Shown here: piece by piece, positions 12,701 through 24,676 of the stretch
Layout: each line of letters begins with the position of its first letter
Numbering within the stretch: the first letter of the stretch is position 1
Source: Neocallimastix sp. 'constans'
Taxonomy: Eukaryota
Assembly (NCBI GenBank): GCA_050613775.1
Contig: JBODTK010000012.1
Location: 682,001-746,000, forward strand
Direction: 5' to 3'
DNA length: 64,000 bases
Program-made: the position numbers and the translations under genes
The notes under the pieces: model-generated
What the model saw: the letters and a program-made list of their open reading frames with translations, nothing else
Database searches by the model: none
What the model was told of the DNA's origin: nothing

Positions 12701-15024
12701 TTTCCTAGCTCATGGAATGAAGCAAGTATTATATCTATTCCTAAAAAAGGAGATGATCTATCTGATTGTGACAATTATCGAGGTATCTCTCTGATTAACA
12801 ATGGTATTAAACTCATTTCGAAAATAGTCTCCAAAAGAATTTCAGAATATGGACTTAAAAATAATTTTATTAGGCCAGAGCAATTTGGATTTCGTACTAA
12901 AGAAGAATGTGTTAGTTTATTTATTTCAATTCGAGAAATTTGTCAAAGGCGTAAAAATGATAATAAAGAAACTTACCTAGCTTTTCTAGATTTAAAAAAG
13001 GCATATGATTCTGTTCCAATAGGTAATATTTTATATAAATTAGATGCTTTAGGTATTAGAGGTAAATGTTATCAATTTATAAAAAATCTATATTTGACAT
13101 CCAAAGCTAGTGTTAAAATTGATGATCAATATTCGGAATCTTTTAATATTATGAAAGGAGTTAGACAAGGTTGTCCACTATCACCAATTCTTTTCAATCT
13201 TTTTATTAATGACATTTTTAATGATGTTTCAGAACTTGGAATTCCTTTAGGCGAATCTAGATGTTGTGGTGGACTCTTTGCAGATGATATTGTTCTATGT
13301 GTACCATCAAGAACTAAGTTAAAAAAAAATGCTTAAGAAGGTAAATGAATGGGCTAAATTTAATATGATGAATTTTGGAAATAACAAGTGTGCAACGATG
13401 GTGATTTCGACCAGACCACACCTCTTTTTCAAAATAAAAGAGATCCTACTTTTTATCTTGCTGGTCAACTAATTCCAATAACTAAATGTTATACCTATTT
13501 AGGTATACCATTTGATAAAAGCTTATCGTTGAAACCTATTATTAAATTACTTAACTCTAAAGTAACTAAAGCTCTCTTTTCTGTTAGTAAATTTCTTTCA
13601 AATTCCAAAATTCCTATTCCATTTAAGAAGATTATAATTAACTCTTATGTACTTAGTAAAGTCTCTTACTTTGCACCTTTACTTGGTTCGAATAAAACGA
13701 GAACAAATAATACTCAGAAATTAATTAATAAAGGATTAAGATGGATTGCAGGTATACAAAAAGCCAAATCATTTATTAATGTATATTCTATTTCAAAAGA
13801 TTTACATATTCCTCCATTGTCAGCTAAGTGTGCTTTGTCTCAGGTCAAATGTTTTGATAAATGGAAAAATTCAAATTGTATTATTTCCTATTTAGTTAAT
13901 AATATTCCAAAATCTAGAAAATATACATGGACAAAAGAAAGTAGAACTCTTAAACGTAAACTAGAGAAAAGAGGTAATAACGATAATAAAATCAAGGATT
14001 TTTATTGGAAAAGAGATATGAAAATCAATTCTATTAAAGCTGAGTTTTATGACAAAAACAAATTCGAAGAAACATCAAAATTTATAAAACTTTGTTATGA
14101 CTATCCTGATCTTTCATATGGTTTCTATTGGCTATTGAGAGCACGAAGCGGATATAGATTAGATGCTAGAATTGCTAAAGCTGCAAAAATAGTGGACCAA
14201 ATGTGTCCTAATTTTTGTCCCTGTTGTAAAAGTAATAAACAATGGATAAGTCATTGGTTAATTGATTGTCCCTTTTTCAATCATACTCGTAGTAAAGTTA
14301 ATGATAAAATTTTATTTTTATATAATGCTTTTTACCGTGGCAACCTAACAAATGATATTGTTAATAGTAATAATGATAATAGTAATAGTAATAATAGTAA
14401 TAGTTATAATAGTAATAATAATATTAGTAATAGTATTTTTAGTAATGTTAGTAATAGTATTGAAAATAATGTGTATATTGATTCTAGTGTGTGTGAAAAA
14501 GTGTTTAATTTCCTTCTTGGAGGTCGAAGTATTAATAACAGTACAAGGGAATGGAAGGATCTATTTAAGTGCCAGATGAAATCAGGTGCTTATTCTGATA
14601 CTCCGTTCTTAGTGGTTACTGCGGCACTTCTCCAATCGATTATACCTATTGCTATTGGCCAGCAATGGTCTTTGTTCAATAGGTTCAAATCGAATCGTAC
14701 TACTACTACCAAGAGCGTCAATGCTGAAGAAACAGTAAGACAGGCCAGCAGGGCTAGCGCAACCAATGAAGATCATAATTTTGTATCTTAAAATTATGAT
14801 TAACATTGCGAAGTCAAAGTTAATTATTATACTTCAGTATAATAATGCCCTTGTGAAGTCTTACAAATATTAATTAAATGAAACTAGAATATATTATACC
14901 ATTATTTTATTTTTATTTTGTGTTTTATTTTTTGTTTATTTTTTTATCTTTTTTTTTTTTTATTATTTTATTACATGTATTTTATCAAATATTTAATTAA
15001 TAAAGATGAAACAAGTTTGCTGCC

Positions 15025-15057
<33 letters not shown>
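9723..15057 (+). mobile_element. Full-length non-LTR retrotransposon (APE-type LINE) with poly(A) tail and 14-bp target-site duplication
   Basis: TSD ACATATATTTTAAA at 9709-9722 and 15058-15071; poly(A) at ~15028-15057; encodes APE, RT and CCHC domains. Confidence 0.93.
10379..14791 (+). CDS. LINE polyprotein: N-terminal domain, Ser-rich linker, AP endonuclease, reverse transcriptase, C-terminal CCHC; locally frameshifted at ~13321-13420
   Basis: APE motifs SWNTNG, LCFQET, VGDFN, IDH, SDH; RT motifs GPDGIP, YRGISL, QFGFR, FLDLKKAYDSV, QGCPLSP, FADD; CPCC..H....C. ORFs 10379 and 13388 are in the same frame. Confidence 0.92.
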
Positions 15058-15059
<2 letters not shown>

Positions 15060-15577
15060 ATATATTTTAAAGAAATTATAAAATATTTGATAATAATAAA
15101 CTACACTCATTAATATAAAAATAGTAATAATAATTTTAATAAAATAATTATTTAATTAAATTTAATTTAAATATATATATATATTTTTTTATTTTTATTT
15201 TTATTTTTATTTATTTATTTATTTTACTTTAAACTCTTTATTACTTAAAAATTTTTAATATCTGTTTGAACAATTATGATTTTCCTTTCAATATTTGAGT
15301 TAAATTTTTTTTTTGATAATAGTAATTAAAAGATTTAATTATATAAATATTCATAAATAGATTGTATAAATATAAAAGTTTCTTTATAAAAATATAATTA
15401 AAATAAAATAATTAATTTAACAATAACTTTTTAGTTTTTTAAACTCTAAATTCTAAATTATTTTTTTTAAATTATCTTTCTATGATCTTTAAAAATTAAA
15501 ATATATATAAATATTTATTATTTATTATTTATTTATTTAATTCCTTATATAATTTAAATAATTCTTTATAATTTATA

Positions 15578-15850
15578 GAAAGTCCAATGTTATAACTAGG
15601 GTTCGGTCCGACCCTTTGACCATTCACCAGGTTTTCTTCACAAGAAGTTATTACAGAATGTAGTGGTTAGGGTTACAAATATTACTATTGGGAGAGTTGC
15701 ATTTCGGAGCGTGGATTTGTATTATTATATATGGTATACTTGAATAAACCGTTTATAAGAGTGGCTTAAATTATATTTAATAAAATATAATTAGTATATT
15801 TCCACCGCCCTTGAGAGTGGGAGGGGTTGAAACTAAGGGCGGCACACACC
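15578..15850. ncRNA. Candidate structured non-coding RNA (unidentified)
   Basis: GC-rich island with no ORF and several stems: AGGGT/ACCCT, CATTC/GAATG, CTTC/GAAG, TACAAAT/ATTTGTA, CCGCCCTT/AAGGGCGG. Confidence 0.4.
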
Positions 15851-16862
15851 AAAAATTAAATAGAAATAAAAAAAAAAATTACAAATTTAAATAAACGATT
15901 TATAAAAATATATATATATATTTTTTTTTGTATTTTAATATATTTAATAATTGATAGAAGAAAAGAATATTAAATAAAATAAGATAAAAATATTAATATC
16001 ATAATGTAAGGGGAATAGAGAAGTAACGTGTCGTTGGAAGAGTCATTTAAGTATGTAATGGTATAATATATTTTTATTATCTAACCCCTATCGATGCCAT
16101 TTATTTTATGTAATTTAAAAAAATATAATTCCATTTATAATAATTATATTATAAACAATCTTTTTAATAAAATTTATATTAATTTTTATTTATTTATTTA
16201 TTTATTTATTTATTTGTTTATTTATCTATTCAGGTATTTATCTATTTATCTATTTATCTATTTACGTATTTATCTATTCATTCATTTATCTATTTATTTA
16301 TTTATAGTTATTTAATGAATGAGTATAATCTTATGGCATTAAATTTTTAGCCCATAAACTACCTTGCCAAATGCAATAAATATTAATTCTTAAGATAATA
16401 AATTTTAAATGATTTATTTAAAATGGATGAACCAACTAGCACTATTCATTAAAATATTAATTGAATAAAAATACTTTAGTAATTTTTAATAACATATAAT
16501 ATATTATTATTTCAATTTTAATTCATAAAAAAAAAAGTTTAAAAAACATTTTAAAAGTCAAACAAATAATTATTGAAAGCTTCATAATTAAATTAATAAT
16601 AATACTATAAAAATTTAAGCCAAAAAAATACACTTTAATTAATTTTATTTTTCATTTTTTTATATTACTTTATTTATTTTTATTAATGTATTATAAAATA
16701 ATTTATTTTAAATAATAACATTTATGAATATTTCAAAAATATACATTAAATTTTAAATTTTGTATTATGAAGATATATTAAATAATATACATAAATTTAT
16801 AAATTTTTATAAACTATGTGTGTTTTCGATAAATAAGTTTAGGAATATACATAGATATCATT

Positions 16863-17192
16863 TTAAAAATTAACATTTAATAATGGGAAGGCATTGATAA
16901 TTGGTGTTTCATATGGATGTACTTTTCTAATGGCTTTTACAGTCTTTTCAAGATTTTCGGCTTTACATATAAATTCAACTTGTAATTCTTTAACTCTGTT
17001 AATTTCATCGGTTGTACCACTATATGGATTTGAACCAACTAAAGGTCTCCAAGTTCCATTTAAAAGATGGTATGTAATACAAGCATCGTAGTTTCCAATA
17101 TGACCAGCATCAACTTCAATTAAAGCCTTGTGAACTTCATCTAAGTTTTGTTCTGGAATACAAATTTCAATTTTAACAAATTCAGAAGTCAT
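16863..17192 (-). CDS. Stand-alone NIF3/YqfO-type PII-like domain protein (bacterial type), copy A
   Basis: KIEICIPE..ALIEVDAGHIGNYDAC..GTWRPLVGSNPY..ELQVEF..AIRKVHPYETP; intronless, 109 aa. Confidence 0.85.
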   Translation of the reverse strand: MTSEFVKIEICIPEQNLDEVHKALIEVDAGHIGNYDACITYHLLNGTWRPLVGSNPYSGTTDEINRVKELQVEFICKAENLEKTVKAIRKVHPYETPIINAFPLLNVNF

Positions 17193-17518
17193 TTTTCTAT
17201 AATTATTATGTAATTAATATTATTCTATAATTAATATATTTCTATTATTAAGCAAATTAATAAATATTCTGATGTAAAAATTTGTCTTGGTACGAAGTGT
17301 CTCTTTTTATAACATTTTAAAATGAAATTAAATAAATATATAAATATCTAAATTATGTATTTAAAATAAATAAATCTAATAGTCATAATATATTCAATGC
17401 ATCAATTGTTCAGTGATCCCAATTATCCAATCATACTGAAAACATGTAGATGAAATCATAATTATTATATTAATATATTAATAATAATAATAATAATAAT
17501 AATAAAAATAATAATAAT

Positions 17519-17689
<171 letters not shown>

Positions 17690-18844
17690 TAATTAATAAT
17701 AAAGAGATAATAGAAATATCAAAGTTGATTTTCAATAAAATAGTTTAATTTTTATTATAATCTGAATAAAAAGTAAAAGCTATATCATAATATCATAATA
17801 CGGAAATCTAATGGATTAATAAATTATTCTTCATAATTAGTTTAGACAAATTAATAATTAATTCATATAAATTAATTTGAAAATCATAAACAAATAATTT
17901 AAAAACTATTAAAAATATGTTAACAAATGATTTGTAAAATGCATTAAAAGATTAAAACAAAAGTTACAAGCTGAGTAGTTATTAGTTAACCAAATTTTGA
18001 TTTATTAAATTTATAAACTGTAATAATATGAAAATAACATTTTTAATTAGTAATAAAATTTAAAATTTGAAAATAATAAATTAATGTAGACAAATTGTAA
18101 AAGAATATATTAATATTGTAATATTTTTATTTTATTAATATTTAAAGTTAATTGGAAATTTTAATATATTAAATAATTTAAATAAAATTAAAAAATTAGA
18201 AACCTTGTTCTATATTAAAAATAAATTTAACTTCTGTTTATTTGGAAGTAAAAGGAAAATTTTTATAAATTAATATTTTATTAAAGGTTTTATATAAAAT
18301 AACTAGTATAATTAATAATACGAAATTGTTTTAATCTTGAAATTATTATTTCTATTTACCTTATAAATAGAAATATATCAAATGGTATAATAATTATATA
18401 AATGAAAAAATTTATAATTTTTCCTTAATAATATTAAATACAAGTAAATTTAATAGTATTATTATTTTAATTGATAAATAATTTTTTATCATTTGTAAAC
18501 CTATTTCTAATACATATTACATATATTGACATACAAATATACCTATGTAGTATTAAATTTTAAAACTTGAAAAATTAAAACCAAAAATATAATATTCATA
18601 AATAAATCATTAACCATATTTTAAAGTAATTTAGTAATCTCTTACATTAAGTTTTTTAAATTTGGTAAACTAATAATTTGTGACATTATATTAATAATAA
18701 AATTTCGAATAATTTGTTAATGCTTATTAATTCATTAATTTAGATTTCCGTATTATGATATAGTTTTTTATTCAGATTATAATAAAAATCAAACTACTAT
18801 ATTGAAAAATAACTTTGATATTTTTATTATATCTGTATTATTAA

Positions 18845-18916
<72 letters not shown>

Positions 18917-19200
18917 ATATTAATATAATAATTATGATTTCATCTACATGTTTTCAGTATGATTGGATAATTGGGATCACTGAACAATTGATGCATTGAA
19001 TATATTATGACTATTAGATTTATTTATTTTAAATACATAATTTAGATATTTATATATTTATTTAATTTCATTTTAAAATGTTATAAAAAGAGACACTTCG
19101 TACCAAGACAAATTTTTACATCAGAATATTTATTAATTTGCTTAATAATAGAAATATATTAATTATAGAATAATATTAATTACATAATAATTATAGAAAA

Positions 19201-19530
19201 ATGACTTCTGAATTTGTTAAAATTGAAATTTGTATTCCAGAACAAAACTTAGATGAAGTTCACAAGGCTTTAATTGAAGTTGATGCTGGTCATATTGGAA
19301 ACTACGATGCTTGTATTACATACCATCTTTTAAATGGAACTTGGAGACCTTTAGTTGGTTCAAATCCATATAGTGGTACAACCGATGAAATTAACAGAGT
19401 TAAAGAATTACAAGTTGAATTTATATGTAAAGCCGAAAATCTTGAAAAGACTGTAAAAGCCATTAGAAAAGTACATCCATATGAAACACCAATTATCAAT
19501 GCCTTCCCATTATTAAATGTTAATTTTTAA
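19201..19530 (+). CDS. Stand-alone NIF3/YqfO-type PII-like domain protein, copy B (identical to A)
   Basis: Same 109-aa translation as copy A, on the opposite strand. Confidence 0.85.
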   Translation: MTSEFVKIEICIPEQNLDEVHKALIEVDAGHIGNYDACITYHLLNGTWRPLVGSNPYSGTTDEINRVKELQVEFICKAENLEKTVKAIRKVHPYETPIINAFPLLNVNF

Positions 19531-20764
19531 AATGATATCTATGTATATTCCTAAACTTATTTATCGAAAACACACATAGTTTATAAAAATTTATAAATTT
19601 ATGTATGTTATTTAATATATCTTCACAATATATAATTTAAAATTTAATGTATATTTTTGAAATATTCATAAATGTATTATTTAAAATAAATTATTTTATA
19701 ATACATGAATAAAAAATAAATAAAATTATAAAAAATAAAATAATATAAAAAAAAAATGAAGATATTATTATATATTTATATATGAATTATTAATATTTAT
19801 TTAAAAAATATAATATATATATTTATACTTTTATTATTTATATGTTGTATAAGTAGTATTAATTATTTTATTAAAATAATTTGGAGTAAAAGGTGTAATA
19901 TTTTTAAAAATATGATTTTAAGTTTTTATTTCTATAATTTCCTTTATAATATATAAATATTATTACTTTTGAATGTTCTAATATTATTAAGAAAGAGATA
20001 TAAGTCAGGGTAAAATGATTAAATTTTACTGTTTCACTTTTATATATCAATTATACATACTTTTAGAAATTATCAAAACTTCAAATATATCGTGAATACT
20101 TCAATGGTTATAGTATAATGTATTGTAGCATTAATTATTTTCTTGATTTTCTCTTGCCTTTTAAAAGTCATTATAATATAAATTTCTAATAAAAAATATT
20201 CCAATTTAATCTTCTTTTATTTAATAATTACAAAAGTGTAGGACTAAATTTTTTTTAAAGCATTTATATATAGGAATAGTATTAAATAAGGTTTGAGATA
20301 ATACTATTTTAATTTTCACATTATTTATAAAACGAGAGATATGTGAAATTTAATAAATTGCCAATAAAAGTGGAAAATTGAGTTTAAATAAATTCAGAAA
20401 AAAAGATTTTATTTAGTAGTAATAGTATTATTAATGTAATATCATTTAAACACTTTATTTTGAATATTACTTTGCATTTTACATTACCATTCTATATATT
20501 ATAGCATTCAAATCGGATAAATAATATTTATGTTTTTATTTATTATGTGAATCTTTATAAAAAAAAATATTCATGTAATTATATTAAACATAATAAACAT
20601 AATAAACATAATAAACATAATAATAATAAACATAATAATAATAAACATAATAATAATAAACATAATAATAATAAACATAATAAACATAATAATAATAATA
20701 AACATAATAATAATAAACATAATAAACATAATAATAATAAACATAATAATAATAAACATAATAA

Positions 20765-22622
20765 TTTTTTTTTTTTTTTTTTTTTTTAGACAGGGAAGAG
20801 AATACACTTCCAAAACTTTATTAATTTTATTATAAAAAATACATGTAGGTGAAAAGTACATTTGAAATTAAAAATAAAAAATTAAAAAATAAAAAAATAA
20901 AAAGCTCGAAATTACTATGTATTTCGGCAAGTTGTACTATGCGGGAATTTTTCCCTTCCTATCAAATAAAAAAGAAATAAAACCTAGAAGTAACATCTTT
21001 AAAATAGATAGTGTGGTGTCCACTAAACTCTCCCCGGACTCATCATTTATTGAACTACTAGGGAGAGATTCATCCTTCGTAGCAATAGATGACGATCCTG
21101 TATTATCATTATGCCTTATCAGTACGACGTCGACGCTCTTGGATAAGTTTGGTATTTTGCAATACCTATCAAATAATAGCTCAAACGAACTACTAATGAT
21201 AGGTATTGCACTTGTTAAGAATTCCGCCAAGCCCACAATTTTTGGAACAGGTGACTCAGATGAACCTTTGAAAAGTAGTTCATTTAATTGTCTCTGTTCC
21301 CCACTATCGAAATGTAGCTCATTTAAAACTAAAGTCCCACCAAGAAGGAACAAGTATATATAATGATTGATATAATCTTCAAAATTAGAAATAGAGTCAT
21401 AGGAAGAAAGAGGATTAAACGCTCTAATCTTCCTAAGGAATAAAACATAGAGATCATCGATGAAATTTAAAGAATTCCATCTAAAAGATGCAAGAGCATC
21501 GCATTTAAAAATCCAATGTTCAAAAGATTGTTTATCTTCGCCACAACAGGGGCAATACTTGGGACAATCTTCTGAAACTCTACCCATTCTAATAGCAATA
21601 GTAGTATTGTATTTATAACCACAGCGTAAACGTATAATCCACGAAAACCCTAAGTTGAATTGGGGATATTTTAAACTAAGCATAATTATAGCTTTATTGT
21701 TTGAGAACTTATTACGATCGTAATTTTGACCTTTAATACCTTGAAATTTGGCAACTGATTTCCAGTAACGTTCTAAAATATCGTCATATTTTTCACATTT
21801 ATATTTTTTGATTTTTTTATACAGTGTTCTAGATTCTTTAGTCCAGGAATAATGATGCATTTTGGGAATAGATTTAATAAGATCCTTTATAATACAGTTT
21901 GATTTACTCCATTTTGCAAATGATTTAATCTGTAAGGCTGCGCAGACACCAGCAATAGGAGGAATGCTTAGATCTCGAGATAAAGCATAAGTACTCATAG
22001 TAGAATTATGTCTAATATAGTCATTGTCTTCTGAACTTGTTTTACCATTTTTAGAGAAGGAGCCGATACACCAAAATAGACCAGTATTAATTAATGTTTG
22101 AATTCTGGCCGTTCTGGATTTGTTTGAACCAAGTAAAGGAGAATAATAAATTACTTTACTAATAACAAAGGATTGAAGAACTTTTTTCTTGTATGCAATA
22201 GGGATAAGTTTAATTGAGAAGAAATGTGTAAATGAAAGAAGGGATTTTCTAACTTTAAAATGCATGTGAGATATAATGTGTTCTAGTAAGAGATCATCAG
22301 AAAAAGGAATACCAAGATAAATATAACTAGAAACTTTAGGAATAGCATTCATTCCTAAATAGAAGGTTGGGTCACTATAGTTTGGAGGAGATTGGAAGTT
22401 CATTGGTTTTATAACCATAGTTGCACATTTTTCAATACCAAAAGTCATTTCATTTAAATTAGCCCATCTATGTACCTTTTTTAGTAATTTTTCTAAATTT
22501 TTTGCACTTGGAGCAATGAGAACAACATCATCAGCAAAGAGTCCACCACAACACTTTTTTCTTCCAATATTAACACCATACTTTTCACAGTCATTTAATA
22601 TATCATTAATGAATAAATTGAA
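20765..22622 (-). mobile_element. 5'-truncated LINE of a related but diverged family (RT C-terminal part + CCHC; ORF open ~22622 to 20937)
   Basis: Poly(T) at 20765-20787 on +. Minus-strand translation: FNLFINDILND..CCGGLFADD..KCATMVIKP..YLGIPF..CPCCGEDKQSFEHWIFKC. Putative TSD ~AATAAACATAATAAT lies within the microsatellite. Confidence 0.92.
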
Positions 22623-22741
22623 TTGTTATTTTTGAATATTATATAATTATACATAATTTAAATAAAAAAATTCAAAAAATTACATTTTAAATTATTATTA
22701 CAAAGTATAGTAGTATTTAATTTAATATATAAAAACAAAAA
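22622..22741 (+). repeat. 120-bp inverted copy of 24716-24835 (upstream region of the methyltransferase)
   Basis: Reverse complement matches 24716-24835 with no mismatch seen. Confidence 0.9.
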
Positions 22742-23692
22742 TAAACATAATAATAATAAACATAATAATAATAATAATAATAATAAACATAATAATAATA
22801 AACATAATAAACATAATAATAATAAACATAATAATAATAAACATAATAATAATAAACATAATAATAATAAACATAATAATAATAATAATAATAATAAACA
22901 TAATAATAATAAACATAATAAACATAATAATAATAAACATAATAATAATAAACATAATAATAAACATAATAATAATAAACATAATAATAATAAACATAAT
23001 AATAATAAACATAATAATAATAAACATAATAATAATAAACATAATAATAATAAACATAATAATAATAAACATAATAATAATAAACATAATAATAATAATA
23101 ATAATAATTACACCAAAAATAAAATACAATAAGTAACTTTGAATTAAACATATAATGAACAATCAAATAAACAAGAACAGAAAATAAATAAATGACATTT
23201 TGATTTTCATACGTTAATTGAACATAAAATAAAAATAATACAATATCAAAATTCATATAAATAATATTTAAACCATTTCATGTTTATTATTATTTTAATT
23301 TTTTATTTATTTTAAACAAAATTCAAAAAATAGTTTAGATAGCTATAAAAGTTGAAACATACAGTTTTTTCGTGTTTACTTTTATGGAACTTTCTTGTTA
23401 TTTGAAAAGATTAAATATTGTAATACATAAATTATTACAAATTTTACATTAAATTTAAATTCTACAACTTAATTCATATTTAAATATATTTTTAATTATA
23501 TTTCTATATTATTTGAATAATTTTTACAAATATATAAATAATGTAATGTATATATATTTTTTTTTTTTAATAATATTAATTACAACTTTAAACTAATTTT
23601 TTTTTAATTTTTTATTTAAAGTATCTTATAATAAAACAATTTTCTATGAAATTCAATTTCACTATTTCTTTTAAAAATACTTCCCAATTCTT

Positions 23693-24676
23693 TTATTGAT
23701 CATAGATAGTTGTTTTTAATATAGCTATAGTATAACCAACATTTTCTCCTTGGTTTAAAAGCTTTAATGCTTCGGTAGCAGTTAATCTTTTATCTTTAAG
23801 AGACTTTTCAATATCAAGAGCTTTTTTTCCTGATTCTTCATCACTTACTCCTTCAAATGCTTTTTTAAGATCATTTTCTCTGTAAAAAATGAATGGTCCA
23901 TAACCTTGCTCTTCTTGTTTGGCATAAGTATTAATTACGCTATAAAAGCTCGTTTGAATATTCCAATTATAATACAACACATCTATCTTAACACCATCAA
24001 TATACTTCTCTATACTTTTAACAGTATCAATAGGAATAACCCCACTGATGAGAGATATAAGGGCACCATTCTTGTTAAGAAATTCATGAACTTGTTGTAT
24101 GGCAAGATAATGAAGATCAAGTAAAGCGTCTTTTACTTCTCCTGGAATTTTTTCACTACGCTTCTCAAGGAAAGCGGTAGAGCTGCGAGATTTATTTATG
24201 TCCTCATCTTCAGGGAGAGGAACATTTGGGAGATTTTCATAAATCAAATCAAAACGTTGATTTTCATTTTCTTTACTTCTAAGGGGTTCAAATAGATCAC
24301 CAGAATATCCTTTAACTTCTATTTTCTCTGGTTCCAAAAGATTAGATTTTATATTTTGAACACCAGATTTAACAACACTTTCTTGAAGATCGGTTAATGC
24401 AAGCTTTTTTGAACCGAATACTTCCGCACTTGCAAGAACGTCAAGTCCAGGACCAGAACCGATAGATAAGAAGGATTTTATCTCTCCAGGTCTCTCCTTT
24501 TCTATTAATTTTAGAGCAGGAAGAGCAGAATGAGCAAACCAATCATCATCTTTAGCACCTGGAAGAAAAGAATTATCCACTATTTTGATTTTTAATTGTT
24601 CTTTAATATGAACAGGTTTTGACTTAATATTTAAATATTCTGAAGTATTAATGTTTTGATATATAACGTCTACCAT
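23693..24676 (-). CDS. Class I SAM-dependent methyltransferase, 327 aa, intronless; MmtN/MMT-like
   Basis: Motif I SIGSGPGLD, acidic LTD, GDLFEP, FDLIYENLPNV; C-terminal RLTATEA..VGYTIAIL. Confidence 0.85.
   Translation of the reverse strand: MVDVIYQNINTSEYLNIKSKPVHIKEQLKIKIVDNSFLPGAKDDDWFAHSALPALKLIEKERPGEIKSFLSIGSGPGLDVLASAEVFGSKKLALTDLQESVVKSGVQNIKSNLLEPEKIEVKGYSGDLFEPLRSKENENQRFDLIYENLPNVPLPEDEDINKSRSSTAFLEKRSEKIPGEVKDALLDLHYLAIQQVHEFLNKNGALISLISGVIPIDTVKSIEKYIDGVKIDVLYYNWNIQTSFYSVINTYAKQEEQGYGPFIFYRENDLKKAFEGVSDEESGKKALDIEKSLKDKRLTATEALKLLNQGENVGYTIAILKTTIYDQ

Larger units (their letters stand above)
20585..23108. repeat. AATAAAC/AAT compound microsatellite split by the LINE insertion (20585-20764 and 22741-23108)
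   Basis: The same repeat unit lies on both sides of the insertion. Confidence 0.85.

Noticed and set aside
14722..14770. CTGAAGA resembling a hammerhead core near the LINE ORF end
   Set aside because: No stem II followed by GAAA, and no closing stems.
15800..15843. HDV-like ribozyme on the minus strand (G-U-closed GCCGCCC/GGGCGGT followed by GG)
   Set aside because: No P3 helix or P2 partner could be built.
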